Source of the DNA: Macrostomum lignano
Taxonomy: Eukaryota
Direction: 5' to 3'
Length of the DNA: 64,000 bases
Assembly: GCA_002269645.1 (NCBI GenBank)
Contig: NIVC01001824.1
Location: forward strand, 217,621 to 281,620
Shown one piece after another: positions 1-9,372 of the stretch. Position numbers and translations under genes: made by a program. Below the pieces are notes generated by a model, which did not search any database, was not told where the DNA came from, and was given only the letters and a program-made list of their open reading frames with translations. The stretch's first letter is position 1, and the number at the start of each line of letters is the position of its first letter.

Positions 1-382
1 GACTGTTGAAAGAGCTGGGGGTTGAGAGAGCAGAATGATTCAAGTAAGAAAATTCAGCTGGATTAGCGGGTGTTTGGGAGAAGAGAGAACCGGGAGGGGG
101 ATTTGCATTGCACACACCAAATAGAGACTGCGTACATCGACAGTGCATTTCCCAGTATTTGAGGTGGTTTTCCGACAGTTTTCCGACAGTTTTCCGACAG
201 TTTTTGTTGAGCAAAAAAATCCGACAGTTTGTCGGATATTTGTCGCAAACAAAAACTCATTATCTACTAATAGTAGTCCTAGCATATAGTACTCCTATAT
301 AGTACTCCTTATAGTAGTGGGTGTTGATTTCAACGGTGAAGAGTTCGTATTGACGTTGATCATTGAGAGAATGTAGGAAAAA

Positions 383-727
383 TTACAATTGCCTAATGAT
401 TTCTGCAAAGTTATAGTAGCTGTCGTAATCTTTTACATAGGTTACTCCATACTTATAGAACCAGTGTCTTTGGAGAGCTTGATTAATATTAGGGACATTG
501 ATATCAACATCGGGCCAATATTTTCTCATGTACTCGCTGCATTCAAGTTTGCATTGGTACTTGGATTTGTACAATGCATTAGGCTGAGTATAATAAGAAC
601 CTGGAGAGACAACTGGAAACATTTTTATTGAGAATTTAATTTTTTTCAAAGGGTAAGGACCCTGGGTTAGGGGATTTAAAGTTTTAGGGATCTGGTTTCG
701 CCGCTTTGGATTGAATGTGGGCCCCAT
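383..727 (-). CDS. Possible short ORF of unknown function (114 aa)
   Basis: Non-repetitive, aromatic-rich C-terminal half (CSEYMRKYWPDVDINVPNINQALQRHWFYKYG). No family recognised. Confidence 0.2.
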   Translation of the reverse strand: MGPTFNPKRRNQIPKTLNPLTQGPYPLKKIKFSIKMFPVVSPGSYYTQPNALYKSKYQCKLECSEYMRKYWPDVDINVPNINQALQRHWFYKYGVTYVKDYDSYYNFAEIIRQL

Positions 728-841
728 GGGGAGAAGAATGCAGATTTTTTTTCTGATTGTTTCGAAGATGCTATGGGTGGATGTCAGTGGATTATGTCAG
801 TGTCAGCGAGCATAACAGGTGTCCACTGTCTGATTCTGTCG

Positions 842-1050
842 GGGATAATATGGATGGATTTAATGGGATTATGTTCGAAGTTTTCAGAGAAAGTGCGGCC
901 CCTCCCCTTTTTCATGATTTTGTCAGGGATAATATGGATGGATTTAATGGGATTATGGAGGACGTTTTGTGAGCGAGTGCGACCCCCCTTTTTTTCTGAT
1001 TCTTTCAGGGATAATATGGATGGATTTAATGGGATTATGGAGGACGTGAA
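842..1050. repeat. Three 82-84-bp direct repeats with core GGGATAATATGGATGGATTTAATGGGATTATG
   Basis: Cores start at 842, 926 and 1008. Confidence 0.9.
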
Positions 1051-1080
1051 AAATTTGTCCCAAAAGCCCCCTCATGCCTT

Positions 1081-2205
1081 CTACTGTTGTAGGAAAATCA
1101 TTTTGTCAAATTCAAAGTCATTCCTGTACAAACACAATTCCAGTAGCTTTATTATTTCAGCATCCGGTCTAATGGGATCCGGGTATCGGTTAAAGAATTC
1201 CTGGATCGCTGCAATGCCCTGATCTATTGGGATCATGGAGTACAGACTCTGGACATCACAGGTTGCCAGAGTCGAACCTTCCGTGCAGCTTTTATCCATA
1301 AGGTGTGCCTTGAAGTCATAGGAGTCCTTAATGAAAGTGGGTTGCGCTTGGGCAATCGGTTTAAGAAAGAAGTCTATGTACTTTTCTGCCCCAATTGCTT
1401 CAGAACTACATCCGCTCACAATAGGTCTGCCTGCTGGGACCCGAAAGGGGATCAGCCAGGTGGCTGGGTCCTTGTGAATTTTTGGGAGCAGGTAGAAATG
1501 CCGGGGACGGAAGTTCTCTCCAGGACAAAGAAATGCACACTGTTTCTGAGATATGAACTTTCTGTTACATAAATTGAGGAAGATCCCCCTGATAATTTCC
1601 GCAGTCTCGGGTTGCAGTGGCTGGTCCAGCTGTTGATAGGCATCAGTGTCAAACAGTTGGTTGTAGGCTGCAAATTCGTAGTCCTTAGGGTGCATGATGA
1701 CCACTGCGTTGCCTTTGTCCGCCTTTTTTATAAGGACGGAGCTGTTTCGCTTGAGCCTCTGAATCGCCCTGGTCTCTGGTGCCTCTAGGTTGCCTTTGAT
1801 CTGTACCGTTGTCAAATTCTCTACCAGATTTTGGTTCTCAAGTACCAACAAGTTGCACTCATCCCTTCTAAGTCTGAGGGGAACCTCCTTCCCTGATTTC
1901 CCGGTGAAGGGGGGCGGGCTGGTATTGGCGAGACCCCTCTTTTTGAAAAAGTCTTTCCAGAAAAGTTTACGATGAAATTCCGTCATGCAGTTCCTCAACT
2001 CATCGAAATCAAGGGCTTGGGTTGGGATAAAATTGAGTCCCTTATCTAGCAGCCTCGTCTCAGACTCGGAGAGTTTGAAGGTAGGGTGTAGATTTAAAAT
2101 GTTGCCTTCCAGTTTGGGAGGCCTACAGTAGTCAGCTAGTTTAAAGTTCTCAGCCAGGAAGCCAGCGCCAGTATAAAGTCCGGCGCTGAGAAGGATACAA
2201 TTGGT
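1081..2205 (-). CDS. PLE reverse transcriptase ORF2, N-terminal half only
   Basis: The frame is open from 2205 (upstream stop 2206-2208) to TAG at 1081-1083. It reads through RT motif A (CDVQSLY) to YRNDFEFDKMIFLQQ*. No GTAMG or YxDD motif follows in any frame I read. Confidence 0.85.
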   Translation of the reverse strand, partial: TNCILLSAGLYTGAGFLAENFKLADYCRPPKLEGNILNLHPTFKLSESETRLLDKGLNFIPTQALDFDELRNCMTEFHRKLFWKDFFKKRGLANTSPPPFTGKSGKEVPLRLRRDECNLLVLENQNLVENLTTVQIKGNLEAPETRAIQRLKRNSSVLIKKADKGNAVVIMHPKDYEFAAYNQLFDTDAYQQLDQPLQPETAEIIRGIFLNLCNRKFISQKQCAFLCPGENFRPRHFYLLPKIHKDPATWLIPFRVPAGRPIVSGCSSEAIGAEKYIDFFLKPIAQAQPTFIKDSYDFKAHLMDKSCTEGSTLATCDVQSLYSMIPIDQGIAAIQEFFNRYPDPIRPDAEIIKLLELCLYRNDFEFDKMIFLQQ

Positions 2206-3208
2206 TTAAGAGGAGGAGAGGCAATAAGAGTAACAGGTGAGAGTTTCTTACTCAGAGATTGAGTCAATTCTTCACCGCTGGCAAAGGACGGAACCAGAAG
2301 GATCTTACGTGTCAGACTGTCCGCTCTGAGTAGATCGATAGCCTCAGAGAGCAACTCTCGCCAGTGGTCTGTGCTGAGCAGCTCGTCCGGCAGGACCAGC
2401 ACCGTTGACTGAGCGCATTGCCGGTTCCGCAGGGCAGCCGACCTCAGTAGGGATGGTAAGGCTGACAGTGAGTACTCATGTACCTCTGTGATTGCCGGCA
2501 GTTTGAGGCCCTCGAAAGGCTTTGGGCAGAGTACCAGGTTCCGGCAGTCCCTGCTGATGATGAGCGAAACAGGTTGCTCAAAGGTGCTGGGTGAGTCATT
2601 CAGATGCGGCCTGTGGCGTTCCGGACCACCAGGGGAGTCTTCAGAGTCCGGCGATGGTAAGCGGCGTTTGGCAGGTGAAGCAGGCAGTCCCACCCGTGGA
2701 AGAGGCGGGGTCACAAAGAGGTCGTCAGCTGCCGACGTACAGCCGTTCTCAGGTGAGGCGACTTCGGTGGTCCCGCCTGCCGCCGGACTGCCGTCCGAAG
2801 CCGCAACCGCAGCCGCTGAGGGGTCGTTGCTGATCGTCGCATCGGCGCTCGCTGCCACGTCCCCGATGGTCGTCGCGCCGCCGTCCACTACCGAGTCGGC
2901 GTTGGTCTCCGTGCTCGTGCTTGCCGTGGGCTCATTGCTAGATGCTGCGATCGTGCTGGCTGTCGTGGTGTCGTTGTTGGAGCAGACGACCTCTGGGATC
3001 CTACGATGTTCGGCAGATTGGGCGCTCTCGTCGAGATCGACTGGTGCCATGCTTGCAGTCAGAGGGACTGCGGTGTTGGGAGTGGCTGTCTTGGTGGCAC
3101 TGGGTGCAGATGGGGCCAGGGAAGCCCCGGTGGCACCGGTGTTGGGATCTTCGTGAGTCCAGCGGAAGGTCAAGTTGAATCGGCGGCCACGTTTGTGGTG
3201 TTGCGGGG
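2136..3208 (-). CDS. PLE ORF1, 3' part, continuing after a one-base frameshift: AlkB terminal RFNLTFR motif, A/T/S-rich linker and C-terminal alpha/beta domain
   Basis: RFNLTFR (3182-3162) lies in the -1 frame just after HRIP. Adding one G to the run at 3205-3208 gives HRIPPQHHKRGRRFNLTFR, with the usual His-to-Arg spacing, and a 728-aa ORF1. Confidence 0.75.
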
Positions 3209-4321
3209 AATTCGATGAAAAAAGTTGGCCTGACAGTCGCCTGACATGGTCAGAAGACTGCCATGAAATAGATCGAGAGATAGACAAGGGGAGGTCGCTG
3301 ACTTAGCTTTTAGCTCGAAGGTTCTGGTGCACCCGATTGACACTGAAGCGATGAAGGGTCGTTCGCCAAGCACGGCTTCGTCATCGGCATGCCAGCCGAC
3401 GAATTGGGAGCCGTTCTGGTACACGTTGACGAGGACCGAGTTGAAGCGCTTTCCTGTCGCAGTTTCGACGGACTCGAGTAGAGGTTGGAGCCCTGAGGAG
3501 ATCGGCCCGTTTGATCGTAGTTGTCGACCCGAGTAGCTGTAGTCAGGGCCGAACCAAGCAATCAGTCGTGGTTCCGGTCGTCCTGACGCTGAAGAATGCC
3601 GATAGGCTAGGGGAGCGACTTCCTTGGCCAGGAATGACTCCAGTCGATCCGCTTGGTTCTTTTGCAGAAAGAAATTGTTCAGGCTGACAGTTGACTCGTC
3701 ATCTAGGTTCCAGAAGTCCGTGCCCTCCTGGCGCGGTTGAGATTCCTCCACCGAGGTCATGGTCGGTGCAGCAGCGGCAGGCGTAGCGAGTAGGTCAATA
3801 ACAGAGGGGTCATTAGACGGAGAATTCAACCGATCCAGAAATTTTGAGACGGTCGAGGCATCAAGTTTGCAGCGGAGGCCCACATGGTGGATGACTTGTC
3901 GCGCCACTGAGGCTAGATCTGGTGGTCCTTTGTCGTTACAGAGTTGTCGCAGTAGATTTTCAGACTCTTCGGTTGCCGCATCGTAGTGTGTCAGGATCTT
4001 CAGTAGTGAGCTCTCGATGTGGGCAACATTCGCTGCCTGTAGGTCTTGTAGGAGTTTGTCGGACGCGAATGCAGGGCGAAAGGCCTGGTCCAGTGATCGT
4101 GCGGCTTGTTGAAGAGAGCCATAGGCCCGTTGTGGCTCGACAATAATAGATTCGATGACTGCCCGATGGTGGTAGCATCTCAGGAGTTTGTCCAAAAGCA
4201 GTCTGGCTTGTTTGGAGGCGTCATCCAGGTGTTCGTTCTTTCTAGGTTGTCTCCTGTTCTGTTTTTGGTAGTTACTGTTGTAGAACGTGCGACCTCTCCA
4301 TCTCCTGGAGGGATTCTCCAT
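3170..4321 (-). CDS. PLE ORF1, 5' part: basic N-terminus, helical region and AlkB/2OG-Fe(II) dioxygenase domain
   Basis: ATG at 4321. AlkB motifs PRLIAWFG-YSYSG, FNSVLVNVYQNG, GWHADDE (His 3391-3389, Asp 3385-3383), IASVSIG, HGSLLTMSG and FFHRIP (His 3217-3215). Confidence 0.85.
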   Translation of the reverse strand: MENPSRRWRGRTFYNSNYQKQNRRQPRKNEHLDDASKQARLLLDKLLRCYHHRAVIESIIVEPQRAYGSLQQAARSLDQAFRPAFASDKLLQDLQAANVAHIESSLLKILTHYDAATEESENLLRQLCNDKGPPDLASVARQVIHHVGLRCKLDASTVSKFLDRLNSPSNDPSVIDLLATPAAAAPTMTSVEESQPRQEGTDFWNLDDESTVSLNNFFLQKNQADRLESFLAKEVAPLAYRHSSASGRPEPRLIAWFGPDYSYSGRQLRSNGPISSGLQPLLESVETATGKRFNSVLVNVYQNGSQFVGWHADDEAVLGERPFIASVSIGCTRTFELKAKSATSPCLSLDLFHGSLLTMSGDCQANFFHRIPRNTTNVAADST

Positions 4322-4364
4322 AGTATGATGCACGGGCACTAGAGCAAGCTAGGCATAGGCAGGA

Positions 4365-4860
4365 GAGAGGTAGAGAGGTAGAGAGTGAGAGGGAGACAGG
4401 TAGAGGGGAGAGGGAGACAGGTAAAAGGGAGAGGGAGACAGGTGAAAGGGAGAGGGAGACAGGTGAAAGGGAGAGGGAGACAGGTAGAGAGTGAGAGGGA
4501 GACAGGTAGAGGGGAGAGGGAGACAGGTAAAAGGGAGAGGGAGACAGGTGAAAGGGAGAGGGAGACAGGTAGAAAGGGAGAGGGAGACAGGTAGAGAGTG
4601 AGAGGGAGACAGGTAGAGAGTGAGAGGGAGACAGGTAGAGGGGAGAGGGAGACAGGTAAAAGGGAGAGGGAGACAGGTGAAAGGGAGAGGGAGACAGGTG
4701 AAAGGGAGAGGGAGACAGGTAGAGAGTGAGAGGGAGACAGGTAGAGGGGAGAAGGAGACGGGTAGAGGAAAGAGGGTGACAGGTAGAGGGAGAGGGAGGC
4801 AGGCAGAGGGAGAGGGAGGCAGGTAGAGAGAGAGAGGGAGAGAGAGAGAGCAAGAAGCGG
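4365..4860. repeat. About 21-bp polypurine minisatellite (GGGAGAGGGAGACAGGTRAAA-like) directly upstream of PLE ORF1
   Basis: Tandem units visible in the sequence. Confidence 0.9.
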
Positions 4861-5458
4861 GGAGTTGGAGTCCACGATTTTACGTTTCCTTTTTTATTCT
4901 GTTTGAGTAGGAAATTCTGAAAAGACTGTTAAAATTGGAAATGCAGGTATAAATTCGAGTCTGCAATACTATTTAATTTAGTTACACGCCTCCCGTCAAC
5001 TGAATGCCTGTCCGTGAACAGGGAAGCCTCCCATTGGCTCTATAGTGGTCAACAATGGCGCACTGGAAAATCTTTTTGCCCTGCTTGCGCTGGAGATTCG
5101 AGTGAAAAAGAGTAAGATAAAAATTTCAAGCCAAGGTGGTTGAATTTGCGATTGCCATGATTTGATGATAATTGGTTTTCGGAATTACCTGTAATTTACT
5201 ATAAAAACTGATTCTTAAAAGCAATATAAATCTTGTTACTATCAACCTGTTTATGGATTGTCTCTAATTGGAATATTTGCGTGTATGGCATCTCAATATT
5301 GCGAAGTAACTGTCTATCCGTAAGTACTGCTGTTGCACCGTCCTTTTAGCTGACTTCTAATGCGGCTGCCTTTTGCTATCCTTATGCTTATAAAGACTGT
5401 GAACCAATCATTTGTGAGCTGTCCCTATCCAGTAACTGTTCATTGTCCCGATTTTAAT

Positions 5459-5985
5459 AGTGTCCACTATCTCTATCCAGAGAGTGTCCACTATCTCTAT
5501 CCAGAGAGTGTCCACTGTCTCTATCCAGAGAGTGTCCACTGTCTCTATCCAGAGAGTGTCCACTGTCTCTATCCAGAGAGTGTCCACTGTCTCTATCCAG
5601 AGAGTGTCCAGTATCTCTATCCAAAGAGTGTCCGCTATATCTATCCAGAGAGTGTCCACTATCCCTCTCCGAAGAGGGTCCACTATCCCTATCCCAATAG
5701 TGTCCACTATCCCTATCCCAATAGTGTCCACTATCCCTATCCCAATAGTGTCCACTATCCCTATCCCAATAGTGTCCACTATCCCTATCCCAATAGTGTC
5801 CACTATCCCTATCCCAATAGTGTCCACTATCCCTATCCCAATAGTGTCCACTATCCCTATCCCAATAGTGTCCACTATCTCTATCCCAAGAGCGTCCACT
5901 ATATCTATCCAGAGTGTCCACTATCTACATCCCAAGAGTGTCCACTATCCTTATCCCAAGAGTGTCCACTATCCCTACTTCTTGT
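5459..5985. repeat. 24-bp minisatellite (AGTGTCCACTATCYCTATCCMRAK), two variant blocks
   Basis: Tandem units. They account for the VHYLYPES/VHYPYPNS pseudo-ORFs. Confidence 0.95.
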
Positions 5986-6108
5986 GTCTATTGCCACTAT
6001 ACAATTGATGCTCTAAAGAACCCGGCCTATTAAATAGCATGCATTTTAGCATCAAATCCCAACACATTGCTGCAGCCAAACTAATTACCAATTTTTTACC
6101 TGACGCAG

Positions 6109-6420
6109 GTTTGACCTTAACCGTAGGCAGCCAAGTTTGGTCGTCAGAGTCAGGAACTGATAGAAGAGAGAGTCAGCAGGATCAGAAGCTTGACCAAGTG
6201 CCCCTAGCACCCGGAGATTACACGTTGTTAATAAAACTGTCCCATAGCAACGGTGTCAGGAATTGCAATTATTCAACAGCAATTACGGAGAAATCGAACT
6301 CGATGCGGTTCAAGCTGATCAGCTTAGCTGGCGGAGTCAAGCAGGTGGCAATTCTGGGACGAGGGAAGCGTCTGCGACTTCCCGTGTGGCTGGGTGCTGA
6401 CCTGGATGTTGATGAGGGAG
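6109..6420 (+). CDS. Filamin-like gene, exon
   Basis: Acceptor GACGCAG| at 6108, donor GAG|GTGAGC at 6421, PLAPGDYTLLIK motif. The phase-1 end joins in frame to the next exon (DVDEG-GPSATVQDPAG). Confidence 0.5.
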
Positions 6421-6529
6421 GTGAGCGCACGGCCAGGGGTTGCTCTGCTAATTTAATTGTTGAGATTGACTTTAATCTCATGATTGATCCTAGAATTGAT
6501 ACTTAGTATCGATTTCCCATTTGATAAAA

Positions 6530-7290
6530 TGTCAGATCCCATACTTGATCCCATATCTGATCGCATATCTGATCCCATATCTGATCCCATATCTGATCTC
6601 ATATCTGATCTCATATCTGATCCCATACTTGATCCCATATCTGATCCCATACCTGATCCCATATCTGATCTCATATCTGATCCCATATCTGATCCCATAC
6701 TTGATCCCATATCTGATCCCATATCTGATCCCATATCTGATCCCATACCTGATATCATATCTGATCTCATACCTAATCCCGTAACTGATCCCATATCTGA
6801 TCCCATATCTGACCCCATACCTGATCCCATATCTGACCCCATATCTGATCCCATATCTGACCCCATACCTGATCCCATATCTGATACCATATCTGACCCC
6901 ATACCTGATCCCATATCTGACCCCATATCTGATCCCACATCTGATCCCATATCTCCTGACCTGAACTCTGTAGGATCAAATATGGGATCTCCATGGGATC
7001 TCTATGGGATCAAATATGGGATCTCCATGGGATCTCTATGGGATCAAATATGGGATCTCCATGGGATCTCTATGGGATCAAATATGGGATCTCCATGGGA
7101 TCTCTATGGGATCAAATATGGGATCTCCATGGGATCTCTATGGGATCAAATATGGGATCTCCATGGGATCTCTATGGGATCAAATATGGGATCTCCATGG
7201 GATCTCTATGGGATCAAATATGGGATCGAATATGGAATCAAATATGTGATCTTTATAAGATCAAATATAGGATCTCTATCGGATCGCTCC
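6530..7290. repeat. Intronic 12-bp (GATCCCATATCT) array followed by an opposite-polarity GGATC-based array
   Basis: Tandem units. Polarity switches near 6960. Confidence 0.9.
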
Positions 7291-7340
7291 CAAAAGTTTG
7301 ATCCCACAGAAATCCCCAAATCCCAAATCCAACCCCCCAG

Positions 7341-7893
7341 GCCCATCGGCAACAGTGCAAGACCCAGCCGGCCAGGTCCGTCCTTGTCAGCTACGTCGAC
7401 TCGCCGACGGTCGCCTCGCCATCGCCGTTTCGCCGCTTCGGCCCGGCCGGCATCGAGTCCAGCTGCTGCAGGGCGACAGTCAAACCCGACGTCTCAGCCG
7501 ATTTGTCGATGTCGACTTCTCGCCTAGAGACCTCGCCGACGCCAGTCGAGTTCGCGTCGAGATCGACGGCCAGGGCGACGAAAAGTTCATCTGCTACGCT
7601 GGCGAGCTCTTCCGGTTGGGCGTCGACGTGTCCGAGGCCGGCTTTGGCCGGCTGGTGGCGTCCGTGTCCGGGCCTGGCCGAACCCGCGTCGACATCGAGG
7701 CCACTGCCGATGGCGAACCGACGACGGTAAAGCCGAGAAACCCTTGTGTTGGATTTGTTGCTTGGCAACTGAGCCGGGCGACTATAGGCTGTCGGTGACT
7801 TACGGCGACGATCACGTGACCGGAAGTCCCTGGCAGCTGAAGGTGCTGCCGGCACCGCCGCCGCCGCCGCCTCCACCGCAGCAGCAGCCTCTG
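7341..7893 (+). CDS. Filamin-like gene, exon with Ig-like filamin repeats and a one-base frameshift at about 7718
   Basis: VQDPAG..DGRLAIAVSPLRPGRHRV and FRLGVDVSEAGFGRLVASVSGP, then in the shifted frame TEPGDYRLSVTYGDDHVTGSPWQLKV. The 3' donor (GTTATT) is weak and tentative. Confidence 0.7.
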
Positions 7894-7959
7894 GTTATTG
7901 AAATGCGATTTCTTTGAAATGTGTACTTTTAGATGGAATGCGCCTTGTTGCAGACTCTG

Positions 7960-8295
7960 TTCCCTGATTAGTCTCAGAGATCCCATCATTCGTCTCATAG
8001 AGATCCCAACATTAGTCTCATGGAGATCCCAATTATTAGTCTCACAGAGACCTAAATCATTTGTCTCATAGAAATCCCATCATTAGTCTCATATAGATAC
8101 TATCATTAGTCTCACAGAGATCCCAATTATTAGTCTCACAGAGATCCCAATTATTAGTCTCATAGAGATCACAATCATTAGTCTCACAGAGACCTCAATC
8201 ATTTGTCTCATAGAAATCCCATCATTAGTCTCATAGAGATCCCATCATTAGTCTCATATAGATACCATCATTAGTCTCACAGAGATCCCATCCTT
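7960..8295. repeat. Intronic minisatellite of about 25 bp (ATCATTAGTCTCAYAGAGATCCC-like)
   Basis: Degenerate tandem units. Confidence 0.85.
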
Positions 8296-8379
8296 GATCT
8301 CGCGGACAGATCCCAACAGTAATTTCCCGCCCTCTGAGCACAATCCCGGAAGTCGCTCATGCTTCAATCACCTTTGCAG

Positions 8380-8998
8380 CCCCTCTCGAAAGCGACCTCA
8401 GTCAGCTCCGGCCTGCTGCGCAATCGCATCAACCAGCCGAACAGGTTCACCGTTAGTCTGGTGGCCTCCGCCGACCGGACTGCGGACACCGCGTCGGATC
8501 TTGCCGTGACGATCGAAGGCCCTTCAAAAGCTCGCATCGACGCCGAGGATGGAGGCCGCGAAATCTGCTGGACGGCGAGTCGACCTGGCGTCTATCGGGT
8601 CGGCGTCGCTGTCGACTCCGTGCACGTGGACGGATCGCCTTGGCTGGTTGAACTCTGCGAAGATGTCGATGAAGACGGTGTCCTTGACAATGTCCAGCCA
8701 ATGCGTTCCTGTCGATGCCCGCGGGCCTGCGTTGTCGGCCTGGACGATGCACCTGTCGGTGTCGGTTCAACGTCGAGCTTTCGTTTGATGACTTGTCATC
8801 GACAAGTTGACGTCGTCTCCGTCTGTGTAGACGGTCCGGCCAAGTGTCCGAGCCTGATGGCCAAGTGGCTGGATAGCGGAGAGGACATTGGGGACTGCTT
8901 GGCCTGCTACGAGATCGTGTTCTCGCCTGAGGCTGCCGGGGTGTACAAGCTGAGTGTGCAGTGCGGCTGGGGTGCGAGCTGCCTGCGGGATGTTGAAG
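8380..8998 (+). CDS. Filamin-like gene, exon
   Basis: NRFTV..LAVTIEGPSKARI..PGVYRVGV..VHVDGSPW and VCVDGP..YEIVFSPEAAGVYKLSV. Donor GAAG|GTAGGA at 8999. The acceptor is approximate. Confidence 0.75.
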
Positions 8999-9029
8999 GT
9001 AGGACTGCCGCTCCGTGTCTGCTGGATTG

Positions 9030-9310
9030 CGGTGTCTGTAGCTGAGTGTCTGTAGCTGAGTGTCTGTAGCTGAGTGTCTGTAGCTGGTGTAGGATATGTC
9101 TGTAGCTGATGTAGGATGTGTCTGTAGCTGATGTAGGATGTGTCTGTAGCTGATGTAGGATGTGTCTGTAGCTGATGTAGGATGTGTCTGTAGCTGGTGC
9201 AGGATGTGTCTGTAGCTGGTGCAGGATGTGTCTGTAGCTGGTGCAGGATGTGTCTGTAGCTGGTGCAGGATGTGTCTGTAGCTGGTGCAGGATGTGTCTG
9301 TAGCTGATTT
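9030..9310. repeat. Intronic 24-bp repeat (TGTGTCTGTAGCTGRTGYAGGA-like)
   Basis: Tandem units. Confidence 0.9.
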
Positions 9311-9372
9311 AGGATGCGTGTCTGTCTGTCCGCCAGTCGCTGCAGTCCAACAATATCTTTATCATCTTTTAG

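Larger units (their letters stand above)
1081..4860 (-). mobile_element. Penelope-like retroelement (PLE, probably Neptune-like) with an AlkB-containing ORF1 and a 3'-truncated RT
   Basis: Two adjacent minus-strand ORFs. ORF2 has PLE-type RT motifs: LNL..LS..E..LLDKGLNFIP, IKKADKGNAVVIM, FYLLPKIHK, GRPIVSGC, FIKDSYDF, TCDVQSLYSMIP. The boundaries are approximate and no pseudo-LTR was identified. Confidence 0.8.

Noticed and set aside
680-1080. Hammerhead ribozyme, expected near PLE termini
   Set aside because: A GAAAC is present on the minus strand near 695-700, but I found no correctly placed CUGANGA core with supporting stems by eye.
3211-3224. UUUUUUC run as a programmed frameshift inside AlkB
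   Set aside because: It is out of phase for X XXY YYZ, and slipping there would remove the distal iron-binding His.
5285-5325. Possible first exon of the filamin-like gene (MASQYCEVTVYP, donor GTAAGT at 5320)
   Set aside because: The phase-2 donor is incompatible with the phase-1 acceptors at 6076 and 6109.
5360-6016. 218-aa VHYPYPNS repeat ORF
   Set aside because: It lies entirely within a 24-bp minisatellite that is open in several frames on both strands, with no third-position-biased variation or splice support.
6453-7527. ISDP/MGSD repeat ORFs
   Set aside because: They sit inside a GT-AG intron of the filamin-like gene and are products of a 12-bp repeat.
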